From contig OY970126.1 in NCBI GenBank assembly GCA_963705915.1, forward strand, positions 232,306 to 296,305: a stretch of DNA of 64,000 nt, read 5' to 3'. The stretch's first letter is position 1; every line of letters begins with the position of its first letter. The notes below the pieces were generated by a model. It was not told where the DNA came from. It saw only the letters and a program-made list of their open reading frames with translations, and made no database searches. The DNA is from an uncultured bacterium. Its GTDB lineage: Bacteria; Patescibacteriota; Minisyncoccia; UBA6257; 2-01-FULL-56-20. Below, piece by piece: positions 26,218-36,178 of the stretch. Made by a program: the position numbers and the translations under genes.

Positions 26218-27234
26218 TTAACGATAATTTGCCTTTGCCCAATCAAATAGTTTTGTCGAATCGCCAAATCGGTCGTTCGTACCAAGGGCAAGGACGAACA
26301 GCGGATGCCCGTCGTAATTAAAGATGGTGAGAAGATTGCCGCTTGCTTCGTCGGTATGTCCGGTTTTGCCGCCGATGAAATCCGGTTCTCCGGAGAAAAG
26401 ATCAATGCTATCAACCGCAACCTTCCTTCCGCTGGTAAGATTCGTGATCATTACATGCGGCACACGCGTGATCGCTAAGATTTGCGGATAGTTTTGATAG
26501 ATTTGCTCGGCAAGCAAAAGAAGATCGTTCGCACTTGATTGGTTCGCGGCCGAAAGCCCCGACGGGTCGGCGTAATAGGTATTCACCATCCCCCACTGGG
26601 CAGCCTTTGCGTTCATGAGTGCCATGAATTGTGTATAGCCATACGTATCGGCAAGTGCCTCTGCGGCAACGTTGCTCGACGGCAATAAAAGCACACGGAG
26701 CAAGTCAGAAACAGTGTAGGTGCCCCCGACTTGGAGTGTGTATTCCTGGGGATCAACAGAAAACATCTGCGGAGTAATGGTGATGGTTTGATTCATATCC
26801 ATACGATCAAACACAATCGCAGCCGTCATAAGTTTTGTAAGCGAAGCCATCGGCCAACGGGCATTCGTGTTGAGCGAAAGCATCGGCGTTCCACTTGCGA
26901 GATCTGCAACGAGCGCCTCGGCGTCGGGAAGCGATGGCGGCGTGGTGCTCGCAACTTTAGTGAATGATGCCGTTGAGCCCCCGACGACAAATCCAATACC
27001 GGTGCTTTGTGCTACGGCGACCGAAGGAGAAGTAGTAGTGGATACGGACACGGTGCTTGGAGCTTGCAAGGCGACTATCGGTGCGGAATTATTGGAAGAC
27101 GATGAGATCGTGGATTGCGCTTCATCAGCTGACAGATTCGGTATTATCGAAAACGTTGGATAGACCGCGTGCGAAAAGAATATCGCGCCAATGACTACAA
27201 AAAGAAATAAGAATTTGAGGGCGTTTTGGGACAT
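26218..27234 (-). CDS. D-alanyl-D-alanine carboxypeptidase (peptidase S11)
   Basis: SxxK (ASLTKLMT), SxN (SSN), KTG; N-terminal TM. Confidence 0.88.
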   Translation of the reverse strand: MSQNALKFLFLFVVIGAIFFSHAVYPTFSIIPNLSADEAQSTISSSSNNSAPIVALQAPSTVSVSTTTSPSVAVAQSTGIGFVVGGSTASFTKVASTTPPSLPDAEALVADLASGTPMLSLNTNARWPMASLTKLMTAAIVFDRMDMNQTITITPQMFSVDPQEYTLQVGGTYTVSDLLRVLLLPSSNVAAEALADTYGYTQFMALMNAKAAQWGMVNTYYADPSGLSAANQSSANDLLLLAEQIYQNYPQILAITRVPHVMITNLTSGRKVAVDSIDLFSGEPDFIGGKTGHTDEASGNLLTIFNYDGHPLFVLALGTNDRFGDSTKLFDWAKANYR

Positions 27235-27241
27235 TGGCGGG

Positions 27242-27832
27242 CTATGGTTGAGACGATTGCGGAGTTGGGATGTCGGTTCCATTGGTATCGTTCCCCGTTT
27301 CAAAAACCTTCAAGAGTTCTTGGAATTTTTGATACTCCGGCAAGTCTTCTTTATTTTTTATCCCCAAATGTTTCATGAGGTCAAACGTTGTTTGATATAA
27401 AAATCCTGAAGCGTGTTCTGGGTCTGGAAAACGTTCAACAAGGCCGCGGATCATGAGGCTGCGCAAGATAACGATTGAGTTTACTCCGCGAAGATATTCA
27501 AGTTTCGCCCGCGAAATTGGTCCGAGATAAGCGACGATCGAAAGCGCCTCAAGGCTCGCTGGCGTGAGGTCTTCGGTAATCTCTTCCTTAACGAAATCCT
27601 CGAGTATCTTATTGAACTCGGGCTTCGTTGCAAGCTGGGCCTTCTCGCGGTCGGCGATAAGTTGTAGGCCGCGGCCGGAAGATTCAAGCGATTGGCGATA
27701 CTGCTCGATCACGCCGTTTAGTTCATCCGGCGCGATGCCGAGCAGTGTCCCGATCTTTTTATACGTGAGTGGCTCACCGTGCACGAAAAGCAATGCTTCA
27801 AGCGCCGCGAATTTTTGTTCGGGATTTTCCAT
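27242..27832 (-). CDS. scpB: SMC-Scp complex subunit ScpB
   Basis: LEALLF, LEALSIVAY..PISRA.LE.LRGVNS. Confidence 0.92.
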   Translation of the reverse strand: MENPEQKFAALEALLFVHGEPLTYKKIGTLLGIAPDELNGVIEQYRQSLESSGRGLQLIADREKAQLATKPEFNKILEDFVKEEITEDLTPASLEALSIVAYLGPISRAKLEYLRGVNSIVILRSLMIRGLVERFPDPEHASGFLYQTTFDLMKHLGIKNKEDLPEYQKFQELLKVFETGNDTNGTDIPTPQSSQP

Positions 27833-27833
27833 G

Positions 27834-28607
27834 TTATTCAGAGCCACGATGCCTCACCATTATATCAGAAAAATTATCGAGTTGCTCTAAGAAAACGAGC
27901 TGTTCCCGGGCAAGGTGAAGCACGGCAAGAAACACAACAATCATCTCGGAGCGGGACTTTTCGTCGGAAAGGTTTTTGAAGTGCATATCCCCTTCCTTTT
28001 GGATTCGTCCAAGCACCTCGCCAATTTTTTCTTCTAGCGTGACAATTTTTTCTTTTATCGTCTCAGTCTCAAGCTCATATGTTTTGATTGTCTCAAAAAT
28101 GCCACCGAGCGCTTCGTGTAAGTGATCGCTTGTGGTTGTGGCTCCTGGGTAAAAAACCGTCTGACCCGGAGCCATGCCGGCGCTGCTTCCGCGACCCAAA
28201 AAATAGGGGCGGCTGTACGAATGATGGCTCTCGCTCCAAAGCTCACTCACATAGTTGAGCGCAGGTTTCAGCCTCTGATAAATCTTGAGATGTTCTTCAA
28301 GGTCTTTGATATCCGCCTCCTCTTCGCTTGTGAGTGAGAGTCCCGGCAGTAAATATTTCGACTTCAAAAAAATGAGCCGGCTCGCGACTGAAATAAAATC
28401 TGCGAGGATACGAAGGTCAACCCGAAAGCGGTCTTCATCGCCAAATCCCCCGCCCTGCTTGAACTCGTCAAGGTATTTAAGAAAACCGTCGGTGACCTGC
28501 GCAAGGCTCACCTCGCTTACGCTAAGCTTCTGTTCTTCTATTAATTCGAGGAGTTTATCGAGAGGGCCTTTGAACTCTCCGACGCGCAGTTCGTACGAGG
28601 TCGCCAT
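27834..28607 (-). CDS. scpA: segregation and condensation protein ScpA
   Basis: FKGPLDKLLELI, KSKYLLP, VFLAVLHL. Confidence 0.92.
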   Translation of the reverse strand: MATSYELRVGEFKGPLDKLLELIEEQKLSVSEVSLAQVTDGFLKYLDEFKQGGGFGDEDRFRVDLRILADFISVASRLIFLKSKYLLPGLSLTSEEEADIKDLEEHLKIYQRLKPALNYVSELWSESHHSYSRPYFLGRGSSAGMAPGQTVFYPGATTTSDHLHEALGGIFETIKTYELETETIKEKIVTLEEKIGEVLGRIQKEGDMHFKNLSDEKSRSEMIVVFLAVLHLAREQLVFLEQLDNFSDIMVRHRGSE

Positions 28608-28656
28608 ATGTGCTTCATCATACGATATTCAAGCGTTTTAAGGTATACTGGAGCAT

Positions 28657-29769
28657 ATGCCGCAAGCGTTGTATCGAAAATATCGCCCCAAAAAACTCGA
28701 CGACGTTCTTGGGCAAGAAACGAATGTCGAGATTTTAAAGAGTGCGGCGAAAACCGGACGGCTTGGACAAGCGTATATTTTTTACGGCCCGCGCGGCACC
28801 GGGAAAACGACTACGGCCCGCCTTATGGCCAAACTGCTCAATTGTGAAAAGCGCCGCACCGATCCGGAATTCGCAAAACTCGGCGAGCCGTGCAACGTCT
28901 GCCGTGAGTGTCAAGAAATCGACGCGCAAACGTCATTCGATGTGATTGAGATTGACGCAGCTTCAAATCGTGGCATTGATGAGATACGAAACTTAAAGGA
29001 AAGTATCAAAACGGCGCCAGCCTCCGCGGAACACAAAGTGTATATCATCGACGAGGCGCATATGCTTACCGGTGCCGCCTTTAATGCCCTCTTGAAAACG
29101 CTCGAAGAGCCGCCTCGACACGCCGTCATCATTCTTGCGACCACCGAATTTGAAAAGCTGCCGCCAACGATAACGTCCCGCGCTCAACGGTTCATTTTCA
29201 AAAAACTGACCAAGGCAACGATGGTCACCAAGCTCTCCGAAATTGCGAAAAAAGAACATATCAAGATTGACGACGCCGCACTTGAACTTGTTGCCGCTGC
29301 GGCCGAAGGAAGTTTTCGCGATGCCGAATCCCTTCTTGATCAAATCTCTTCATTTTCTTCTTCGAAGAGCGGGGGTATAACACTCGCCGATGTTGAACGG
29401 GCGACGGGACGGACCGGTCTCAAGAAAGTCCACGCCCTTGCCGAAAGGATTATAAAAAAAGACTTAAAAGAGTCGGTGGCCTACCTTGCAGAGTTAAATG
29501 ACGAAGGCAATAATGTCGTGCAATTTACGAAAGATCTGATTCACTATCTCCGAAAGATACTTTCCCTCACAATAAATCCGGCAATCGAAAAATTACTTGA
29601 TAAAGATTTAACGAAAGACGAACTTGCCGCCGCAAAGAAATTGGCGGCCTCGGCAGATACAGCGTTCTTGATATTATTATTAAAAGCGCTCATCCGGGCC
29701 TATGCCGAGATGCGTTATTCCCCTTTCGCTTCCGTGCCACTTGAAGTCGCCCTTGCCGAAAATCTTTGA
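28657..29769 (+). CDS. dnaX: DNA polymerase III gamma/tau subunit (gamma-length, 370 aa)
   Basis: LYRKYRP, GPRGTGKTT, Zn Cys cluster, EIDAASNRG, DEAHML, NALLKTLEEPP. Confidence 0.95.
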   Translation: MPQALYRKYRPKKLDDVLGQETNVEILKSAAKTGRLGQAYIFYGPRGTGKTTTARLMAKLLNCEKRRTDPEFAKLGEPCNVCRECQEIDAQTSFDVIEIDAASNRGIDEIRNLKESIKTAPASAEHKVYIIDEAHMLTGAAFNALLKTLEEPPRHAVIILATTEFEKLPPTITSRAQRFIFKKLTKATMVTKLSEIAKKEHIKIDDAALELVAAAAEGSFRDAESLLDQISSFSSSKSGGITLADVERATGRTGLKKVHALAERIIKKDLKESVAYLAELNDEGNNVVQFTKDLIHYLRKILSLTINPAIEKLLDKDLTKDELAAAKKLAASADTAFLILLLKALIRAYAEMRYSPFASVPLEVALAENL

Positions 29770-30764
29770 TGCGTAAATTTCTTGCCACTCATCAATATCT
29801 CATCATTTGGCTCTCCGGCCTCGTTATCATAGGCGCGCTTGCCGTACTCGTCCTTCAATTGAACAGCTCATTCTTGCCAACGCTCACATCGCTCAGTCAG
29901 CCGTTGCCTACCCCGCCGCCTGCTCCAAGCGTGCAACTTACGATCCAAACTAATGGAAGTCAAAAATCGCTTGTTGTGGCATGGAGCAATTTGCCGAGCG
30001 GCACGACGGTGCTCGATATCTTTCGTGGGAAAGGTGCCGATACCAGTACGTGGACCCTCTGGAAAACTATCCTTATTAACTTTAACGATCTGAACGGCGA
30101 AGCGAATTTTAATTTGAACGCGAGTGATTTGGGATACGAATATTACGTGCAGGCGCTTGGCGGCGGGTCAGGTGGTAATTCGGGCGGACCGATACTCTGG
30201 TCTTCTGGCCCCGGGGATCCAGGAACGAGTTCTTCAACGCAAGGCTCGGGCGGAGGGAGTGGCGATGGAGGAAATAACGGTGGAAACAATGGCGGCAATG
30301 GTGGCGGCCAAAGCGGCGGCGGGCAGAACGGTAACGGATCGAGCACCGGCGGACAAAGTGGCAATGGATCTTCAACGAACGGCTCCAGTACTGGCAGTGG
30401 AGGCGGAACAGGCGGCAGTAATTCTGGCACTAGTGGAAACCCGTATTACGATCCGCAGATCCAAATCACAGGTTATGGAACGGGCAATGGTGATTTTTGG
30501 GCCCAACACCTCGATCAAAGCATTGAACTTGGCTGGCAAAACCTCCCGGCGAATACAACCGATATCGTTTTCTACCGATCATCCAATCAGGACGGTCCAT
30601 GGAGTCAGTTCCTTGAGCAAGAAAACCCGGGAAGCACCGGATCGTATTCGCTGCAGATTGTTGATGGAACATTGAACGATCCGTATTACTACGAAATGAT
30701 TGCATCGCAGGGAACGACATCGAGTGCAACGTACGGTCCTATCTATCTGCCGCCAGAGCAGTAA
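29769..30764 (+). CDS. membrane-anchored protein with two Fn3-like repeats and a Gly/Ser/Asn linker
   Basis: TGATG overlap with dnaX; repeats W.NLP..T..I.F.R...W...YY on both sides of a ~100-aa Gly-rich tract. Confidence 0.7.
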   Translation: MRKFLATHQYLIIWLSGLVIIGALAVLVLQLNSSFLPTLTSLSQPLPTPPPAPSVQLTIQTNGSQKSLVVAWSNLPSGTTVLDIFRGKGADTSTWTLWKTILINFNDLNGEANFNLNASDLGYEYYVQALGGGSGGNSGGPILWSSGPGDPGTSSSTQGSGGGSGDGGNNGGNNGGNGGGQSGGGQNGNGSSTGGQSGNGSSTNGSSTGSGGGTGGSNSGTSGNPYYDPQIQITGYGTGNGDFWAQHLDQSIELGWQNLPANTTDIVFYRSSNQDGPWSQFLEQENPGSTGSYSLQIVDGTLNDPYYYEMIASQGTTSSATYGPIYLPPEQ

Positions 30765-30767
30765 AAA

Positions 30768-31214
30768 CTAGCGTGTAACCGAAATAGTTTTATTGAGTTC
30801 CGCATGCGGCGCCGATAACGTGACGCTGCCTGATGCATTTTGTATGATCGAATATCCGGTATTGTAGTTTGTGACCGTATTATAGTAAGCGCTTGAAGCA
30901 GACGGATCGAACGGCATTAATGAAAGATAGGTCGGAACGAGGCACGGAGCGATATTATAACTCCCCGAGGCACTTCCCATATTTGTGGTTGTCGTCGGGA
31001 TGGCCCCGGAAGAACACCCAAATTGGCCGTTGCCTTGGTCGGCAATGTTCTGACGAACGGCAATAAGCAATCCCTCGAGGTCTGTTGTGCGGCGATTGTT
31101 GCGCGCTCCCGCCAGCTGCCCGGCAGGGTTTGCGACCAAGAAATAAACACCGACGAGGATTGCGATGATCGCAATCGTTACAATAATTTCAATGAGGGTG
31201 AGTCCTTTGCGCAT
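30768..31214 (-). CDS. type IV pilin-like protein
   Basis: Prepilin site MRKG|LTLIE; Cys pair; PFDP motif. Confidence 0.85.
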   Translation of the reverse strand: MRKGLTLIEIIVTIAIIAILVGVYFLVANPAGQLAGARNNRRTTDLEGLLIAVRQNIADQGNGQFGCSSGAIPTTTTNMGSASGSYNIAPCLVPTYLSLMPFDPSASSAYYNTVTNYNTGYSIIQNASGSVTLSAPHAELNKTISVTR

Positions 31215-31221
31215 GAGATAA

Positions 31222-32631
31222 TTATTTAATTTCCTGCCAGGAAAGCAACTGGTAGCCGTTCGTCGTCAACGGAAAACTCGGCGGCGGGCTGTAGAGAAGG
31301 TTCGCGTCGTAATTATACGTGCGTGTCTGGAATCCGCTCGGCGAGTAGTTAAATGCCGAACGTAAATTGGTGCCCATAATGCCGAACGTCGTCAGTGAAT
31401 TCAGGGTGTAATTGCTTCCGCAGCTCGAGCTGTAATAATACCGACCTATCCAGCCGTTTTGCGCGATAAGCGCGGCGTCGATTGTGAGGTTATTGTCTGC
31501 GTTTAAGCCCACATTGATATCGTTTTGCGAAATAAGCGCGATGGTATCTGATCCGTTAAAATTTCCGTAGGTGAGGCTGTTGTCTACGGTAATATTGGAA
31601 TACGTTGCCGGGTTCACGGGGAATCTGCCAGAAGCAATAGTCACGCGCACACCGCTTATATGGCCGCGCACCCAGAGATTGTCCTCAAAGAACATATTTC
31701 CATTTTGCGGAATAGTTCCCGTGGCGAACTGCGTTTCAGTTTTAATGCTCCACGTCCCCCATCCGGTTTGATTGAGGTCGTTCGAACAATTGTGCGGTGC
31801 AGAAACAAGTGCGTTCACTTTGTATAACGTATAGGATGTTGTTGCAAGCACAAGATCATAGCCGAGGGCACTCGAGCTCGCAAAGTATGTTCCCGACGCT
31901 TGCGCGTCGGCTTTGACGGTTGCGAGGTCCTCGGTGATGTTCGCAAAATCAATGGCGGGCACGCCGAGCGAGCGGCCGGCAAGGAAAATATTTGGCTGTT
32001 GTGGTAACGCCGTCGGAGGCTGCGGGTCGGCTGGCGGCCCGTCGGTGTACACAGCCCATTCATTGAGGCCCGTGTCAGGGTCGGTGTATGTTGTAAGCGC
32101 ACTTTCGACTTCGTTGTGGGCCACGCCATCAAAGTGGACGCCGCTGTTTGAATAGATCGTGCCATACACTTGCGCGGTCGAACCGAACGCGACTGGGCTA
32201 TTTAGTACCCAGGCGTATTGAGCAAAGGATGGAACGCCGAGGCGCACAGTGATTTCCTTTACGATAGTGGCATCGGCCAAAACGCTGCCAGTACTCGTGA
32301 TCGTGACGATGGTAGACCCCGATGGCGGCGCCGTGATGTTCAGTGAAAACTGACCGATGGCAGTTCCCTCTTTGTTGTAGTACGTATGGACATATGGCCC
32401 AGCTTTCCCCGTGCCGTCGGTGAAGTCTTGCGGGCTATAGGCAAGATGCCACTTATAATATTCGATTCCCGCTTCAGCGATCGCGAATGCTTGTGCTTCA
32501 TTTTGCGATCGAACCGAAAGGTTGAGAAATGAAACGGCAAGCGACACAAAACCACCGACCAACGTGATCACGATAGCCGAAAGGAAAAGCAATTCGACGG
32601 CCAATTGTCCGCGGCGGGATTTTAGCATCAT
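31222..32631 (-). CDS. PilX-like minor pilin
   Basis: RRG|QL.. hydrophobic helix; AFAIAEAGIEY; C-terminal SWQEI. Confidence 0.75.
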   Translation of the reverse strand: MMLKSRRGQLAVELLFLSAIVITLVGGFVSLAVSFLNLSVRSQNEAQAFAIAEAGIEYYKWHLAYSPQDFTDGTGKAGPYVHTYYNKEGTAIGQFSLNITAPPSGSTIVTITSTGSVLADATIVKEITVRLGVPSFAQYAWVLNSPVAFGSTAQVYGTIYSNSGVHFDGVAHNEVESALTTYTDPDTGLNEWAVYTDGPPADPQPPTALPQQPNIFLAGRSLGVPAIDFANITEDLATVKADAQASGTYFASSSALGYDLVLATTSYTLYKVNALVSAPHNCSNDLNQTGWGTWSIKTETQFATGTIPQNGNMFFEDNLWVRGHISGVRVTIASGRFPVNPATYSNITVDNSLTYGNFNGSDTIALISQNDINVGLNADNNLTIDAALIAQNGWIGRYYYSSSCGSNYTLNSLTTFGIMGTNLRSAFNYSPSGFQTRTYNYDANLLYSPPPSFPLTTNGYQLLSWQEIK

Positions 32632-32635
32632 GATA

Positions 32636-33256
32636 TTAATTGCTATCCAAATTTCTGAGATCCACGAGCGTTGAAAAAGTGAGGATGGGTGATTTTTTGA
32701 TCGTCGACGTCTGATTTAATTGTACCTCGAAAGAAACGTCGACAAGCCGGATATTTGAGATCGCGATCGGATATGTCATTGGTGACTGTGTGCCAGTGTA
32801 AGAGCTGTCATAGTATGAGAAGAGAGAGGTTGAAGTTGGAATGATCACATGGTCGATCAAATCCGTAATAACCCCACTCGACGTTGGATAGGTCGCAGGC
32901 GTTCCGGTTGGCGCAATCACTTCCTGATAAATGGTCGACGTTGAGTAGAAATAGGTAACATAGTCAGCCGTTCCATTTTTATTAATATCAGTGTAGAAAC
33001 CAAACGAGCTGGTCCCTACGGAACCTATCGCATACGCCCCGTTTGCCGAAGACTCGGCCGATTGGATGGCTTCAGTCATAATTTGCAACGATTGGGTGAC
33101 GTCTGACTTCGACTGAAGCTGACCAGAAACAAGCGTGTCGAGGCCGGTGATGTTGTTGCTAAAATTGCCAACAACAATAACGACAGCCGATGCAATGGCA
33201 ACGACGACGAGAACTTCGATAAGTGAAAAGCCGGCGCGTGACGGGTTCTTTTCCAT
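32636..33256 (-). CDS. PilW/PulJ-like minor pilin
   Basis: RAG|FSLIEVLV; C-terminal VDLRN. Confidence 0.8.
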   Translation of the reverse strand: MEKNPSRAGFSLIEVLVVVAIASAVVIVVGNFSNNITGLDTLVSGQLQSKSDVTQSLQIMTEAIQSAESSANGAYAIGSVGTSSFGFYTDINKNGTADYVTYFYSTSTIYQEVIAPTGTPATYPTSSGVITDLIDHVIIPTSTSLFSYYDSSYTGTQSPMTYPIAISNIRLVDVSFEVQLNQTSTIKKSPILTFSTLVDLRNLDSN

Positions 33257-34999
33257 CTAAAGTGCTGTCATGGGTATCGTTATCGACTGTTCGCCTGAGC
33301 CGACCGAAACTGTGCCAGTCGTCTCTTCGTAATTGGGAGCGATGATATCAATTGCGTAGGTACCTTGAGGAAGGTTCGTGAATAGTACCTGTGTCGGCGG
33401 AACGCAGCTCGCCGTGAAATCGACGGAAACATTATTAAGTTGAGGCGTACTTGAGGGATTTTGCGTATTCATCAAAACTTCATAACGGAAATAGCGATTC
33501 CCAGCGAGAGAAGCCGGCAGACTTGAGCTTGTTATGAAATACGTGTTTGCCGTGCCGTCTGGGCCAACAAAATTCCAGGTGGCGTTATCGTTGTTCGCGG
33601 CGACTTGAAATTCGAGGAGCGTAGAACTCGGTTGCGTGGCCGGAATCCAGCTCATCGTATTAAATGTAGAACTCGCACTGCCGACGTCAAACGTATTTGA
33701 AATGAGCCAATCGGTGGTTGACGTGGAATATGCAGACGAGGCGTTGGCAAGCAGAGTGAGTTCGCCCGGCGTTGATGTGCTTATGCCGCCGTCTTCGCTT
33801 GAGTATTCTCCAGCCGACCAATCGGATTGGGAGAATGCTGCATGATTGGTGACAAGATTCGCGGAGAAACCACCCTTTGTGATCGTCACATTCGCGTTTG
33901 GAATGTTTGCGCCGGTTGTCGCGTCATCCACGGAAACGAGAAGTGATGGATCGGCTGCCGGTTGCACAATAAATTGGAAAGGGATGGTCGTGCTCGGATT
34001 TATCGTGACGGGATCGAGCGGGATCGTACCAGCGATGTCCTGCGTAGCGCTCGAGAGCGTGAGCGTATACGTGTCCCATTCAAGGTTGGAAAATGTGAAC
34101 GTGCCGCTCGCATTGGTTGCTGAACTGGTCGAGAATTTAAGGACGTTCGGATTTGTGCCGATCGTTTTTGTTCCCTGAATTGAGAATGGATCCTCGCCAA
34201 CCGCCATGCAACGGTTGCTTTCTGTTGAAACATTGAGGGTGCTCACGTGGTCGATGGCGAACGTCACATCGCTCACCGTTCCCGTTGTCACGGTTATATT
34301 CGGTTGAGTTGGATTGGGATTGCCCGCGCCGCCAACGGGATAGGTTTGCTCACTTGAATAGCCGCTCTTTGAAACAAAAATTTGATATCCCTGAGAGCTT
34401 GTTGGCACACCGATCAGCTTCAGAACGCCGCTCACGTTTGTGATGTCAGTGAGGTTAATCGTCGGCGTAACCGACGCGTTCACAACCTGAACCGTTGCGC
34501 TTGTCACTGGATTCCCATTTGCATCGATGGCGTAGATGAAAATCGATCCGTAGCCAGTCCCCTCGTCGAGGAGCGATGGCGCAACGGTCGTTGTGATCTC
34601 AACGGGGACAAAATTTGTGCACAACGGACACGAAGCGGTTATATCGAGCAGTTTGTAATCGGCGACCGGAGAACTCGAAGGCGATGTGTCGTAGGGATCT
34701 TGGATGTTGAGCACCGTGGTTTGCAACGTGAAGGTGAATGCACCCTGTACGACCGTCTGCGATTGCGGGATCACGCCAGATGGAACGCCGTTCACCGTTC
34801 CCACGTCGGCGTACGGGAGATTGCGGGTCATCTCTATTTCGTTATTGATTGCTTCTGCTGCAGCGCTTCGCACATTCACGTTAGACACCGCAGTCTCAAT
34901 TGAAAAATAAACCAAATACACGCCACCAAAGAGCAGCGCGATGATCGCCATGCTCATCACGAGGTCCAAGAGGGTCGTCCCGGCGCGCGATCTTTTCAT
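33257..34999 (-). CDS. large PilV-like minor pilin with carboxypeptidase-regulatory-like beta domains
   Basis: RAG|TTLLDLV; EMTRNLPY.DVG; repeated prealbumin-like beta modules. Confidence 0.7.
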   Translation of the reverse strand: MKRSRAGTTLLDLVMSMAIIALLFGGVYLVYFSIETAVSNVNVRSAAAEAINNEIEMTRNLPYADVGTVNGVPSGVIPQSQTVVQGAFTFTLQTTVLNIQDPYDTSPSSSPVADYKLLDITASCPLCTNFVPVEITTTVAPSLLDEGTGYGSIFIYAIDANGNPVTSATVQVVNASVTPTINLTDITNVSGVLKLIGVPTSSQGYQIFVSKSGYSSEQTYPVGGAGNPNPTQPNITVTTGTVSDVTFAIDHVSTLNVSTESNRCMAVGEDPFSIQGTKTIGTNPNVLKFSTSSATNASGTFTFSNLEWDTYTLTLSSATQDIAGTIPLDPVTINPSTTIPFQFIVQPAADPSLLVSVDDATTGANIPNANVTITKGGFSANLVTNHAAFSQSDWSAGEYSSEDGGISTSTPGELTLLANASSAYSTSTTDWLISNTFDVGSASSTFNTMSWIPATQPSSTLLEFQVAANNDNATWNFVGPDGTANTYFITSSSLPASLAGNRYFRYEVLMNTQNPSSTPQLNNVSVDFTASCVPPTQVLFTNLPQGTYAIDIIAPNYEETTGTVSVGSGEQSITIPMTAL

Positions 35000-35004
35000 G
35001 GCGA

Positions 35005-36174
35005 TTAGTTGATGCCCTGTGAAATCGAGTAGATCGGCGTGATGATGGAGAGCGCCACAAAGCCCACGAGGAGGCCCATGAGCAGAAGCATGAGCGGCTC
35101 AATGAGCGACGTCAGTGAGTGGAGCTTATTGTCGACTTCTTCGTCATAATAGCCCGACAAATATTCAAGGTTTTCCTCAAGATTTCCCGTGCTTTCGCCG
35201 ATGAGCACCATGCCCGAAACAAGCGGTGGGAAAAGTTTTTTACGTGTTGAAAGATACGCGCCCATCTGCGCACCTTTTTTAACCTCTTCGGCACTCGCAA
35301 GAATAACCTTCCTATAAACAAGGTTATTAAATGTGGCCGCCGTGATATCAAGCGCTTCAACGATCTTCACGCCGCTCTTCAGCAGTAACCCCAGCACGCG
35401 TGTGAAGTTCACCATATTCACCCCAACGGTAAGATCGGAGACGACAGGGATCAAGAGTAGGATCCGGTCGATAACGTACTGCACGAACTTTACGCGGCTC
35501 ACGAGGATTTTTACGATGATGATAAGAACGATAATGCCCGCAAGCAATTGTATGCCGTAGGTTTCCACAAAGTGCAGCGTTGCAAGCAATATGACTGTTG
35601 TGAGTGGTAATTGTACATTCAAGCTGCTGAAGACGGGGATTAATTTTGGAAATACATAAAACGTGAGGAATCCGGCAACGGCAATCGTTGCGCACAAGAT
35701 GACGAGCGGATAGATCATCGCTGAGCGGACTTTACCTTCAAGCACTTTCGAGCGATTGAGTTCGTCGGCAAGGTACAATAAATTCTTTGCAAGCGTACCG
35801 CTCGACTCCCCCACCCGTACAATGTTCACAAAAAACGCGCCGAATAAGTACTCGTATCGTTCGAGGCCGTCGGCAAGAAATTTTCCATTATTGACGTCGG
35901 CAAGCAAACTATCGAGCACATCTTTTAAAACCTTCGACTCGGTTTGTGACTGGATAATCTTTAGCCCTTCAAATATTGGTAAGCCCGCTTTAATAACCAG
36001 TGAAAGATGTCGGGCAAAATTGATTCGATCCTGAACGGAAATCCGCCCAAATATACGGGAAAAAATGCTTGGCCCTGTTTTCCTAATTCCTTTTGGGGGC
36101 TTCGCTAAAGGCGGCGGTTGCCCGGCTGTCGCGATTTTTTGGGTCGACTCAAGTGTGGGTCGCGGTATATCCAT
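35005..36174 (-). CDS. pilC: type IV pilus platform protein (PilC/GspF family)
   Basis: GESSGTL..NL.YLA, SAMIYP, GESTGNL, SLIEP. Confidence 0.9.
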   Translation of the reverse strand: MDIPRPTLESTQKIATAGQPPPLAKPPKGIRKTGPSIFSRIFGRISVQDRINFARHLSLVIKAGLPIFEGLKIIQSQTESKVLKDVLDSLLADVNNGKFLADGLERYEYLFGAFFVNIVRVGESSGTLAKNLLYLADELNRSKVLEGKVRSAMIYPLVILCATIAVAGFLTFYVFPKLIPVFSSLNVQLPLTTVILLATLHFVETYGIQLLAGIIVLIIIVKILVSRVKFVQYVIDRILLLIPVVSDLTVGVNMVNFTRVLGLLLKSGVKIVEALDITAATFNNLVYRKVILASAEEVKKGAQMGAYLSTRKKLFPPLVSGMVLIGESTGNLEENLEYLSGYYDEEVDNKLHSLTSLIEPLMLLLMGLLVGFVALSIITPIYSISQGIN

Positions 36175-36178
36175 GGGG

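Noticed and set aside
29700-29800. Programmed frameshift extending DnaX to a tau form
   Set aside because: The downstream frame encodes a TM surface protein rather than tau domains, and there is no slippery A-run at the junction.
30150-30440. Gly-rich tract as a DNA tandem repeat or array
   Set aside because: Codons vary and there is no fixed repeat unit; it is a low-complexity protein linker.
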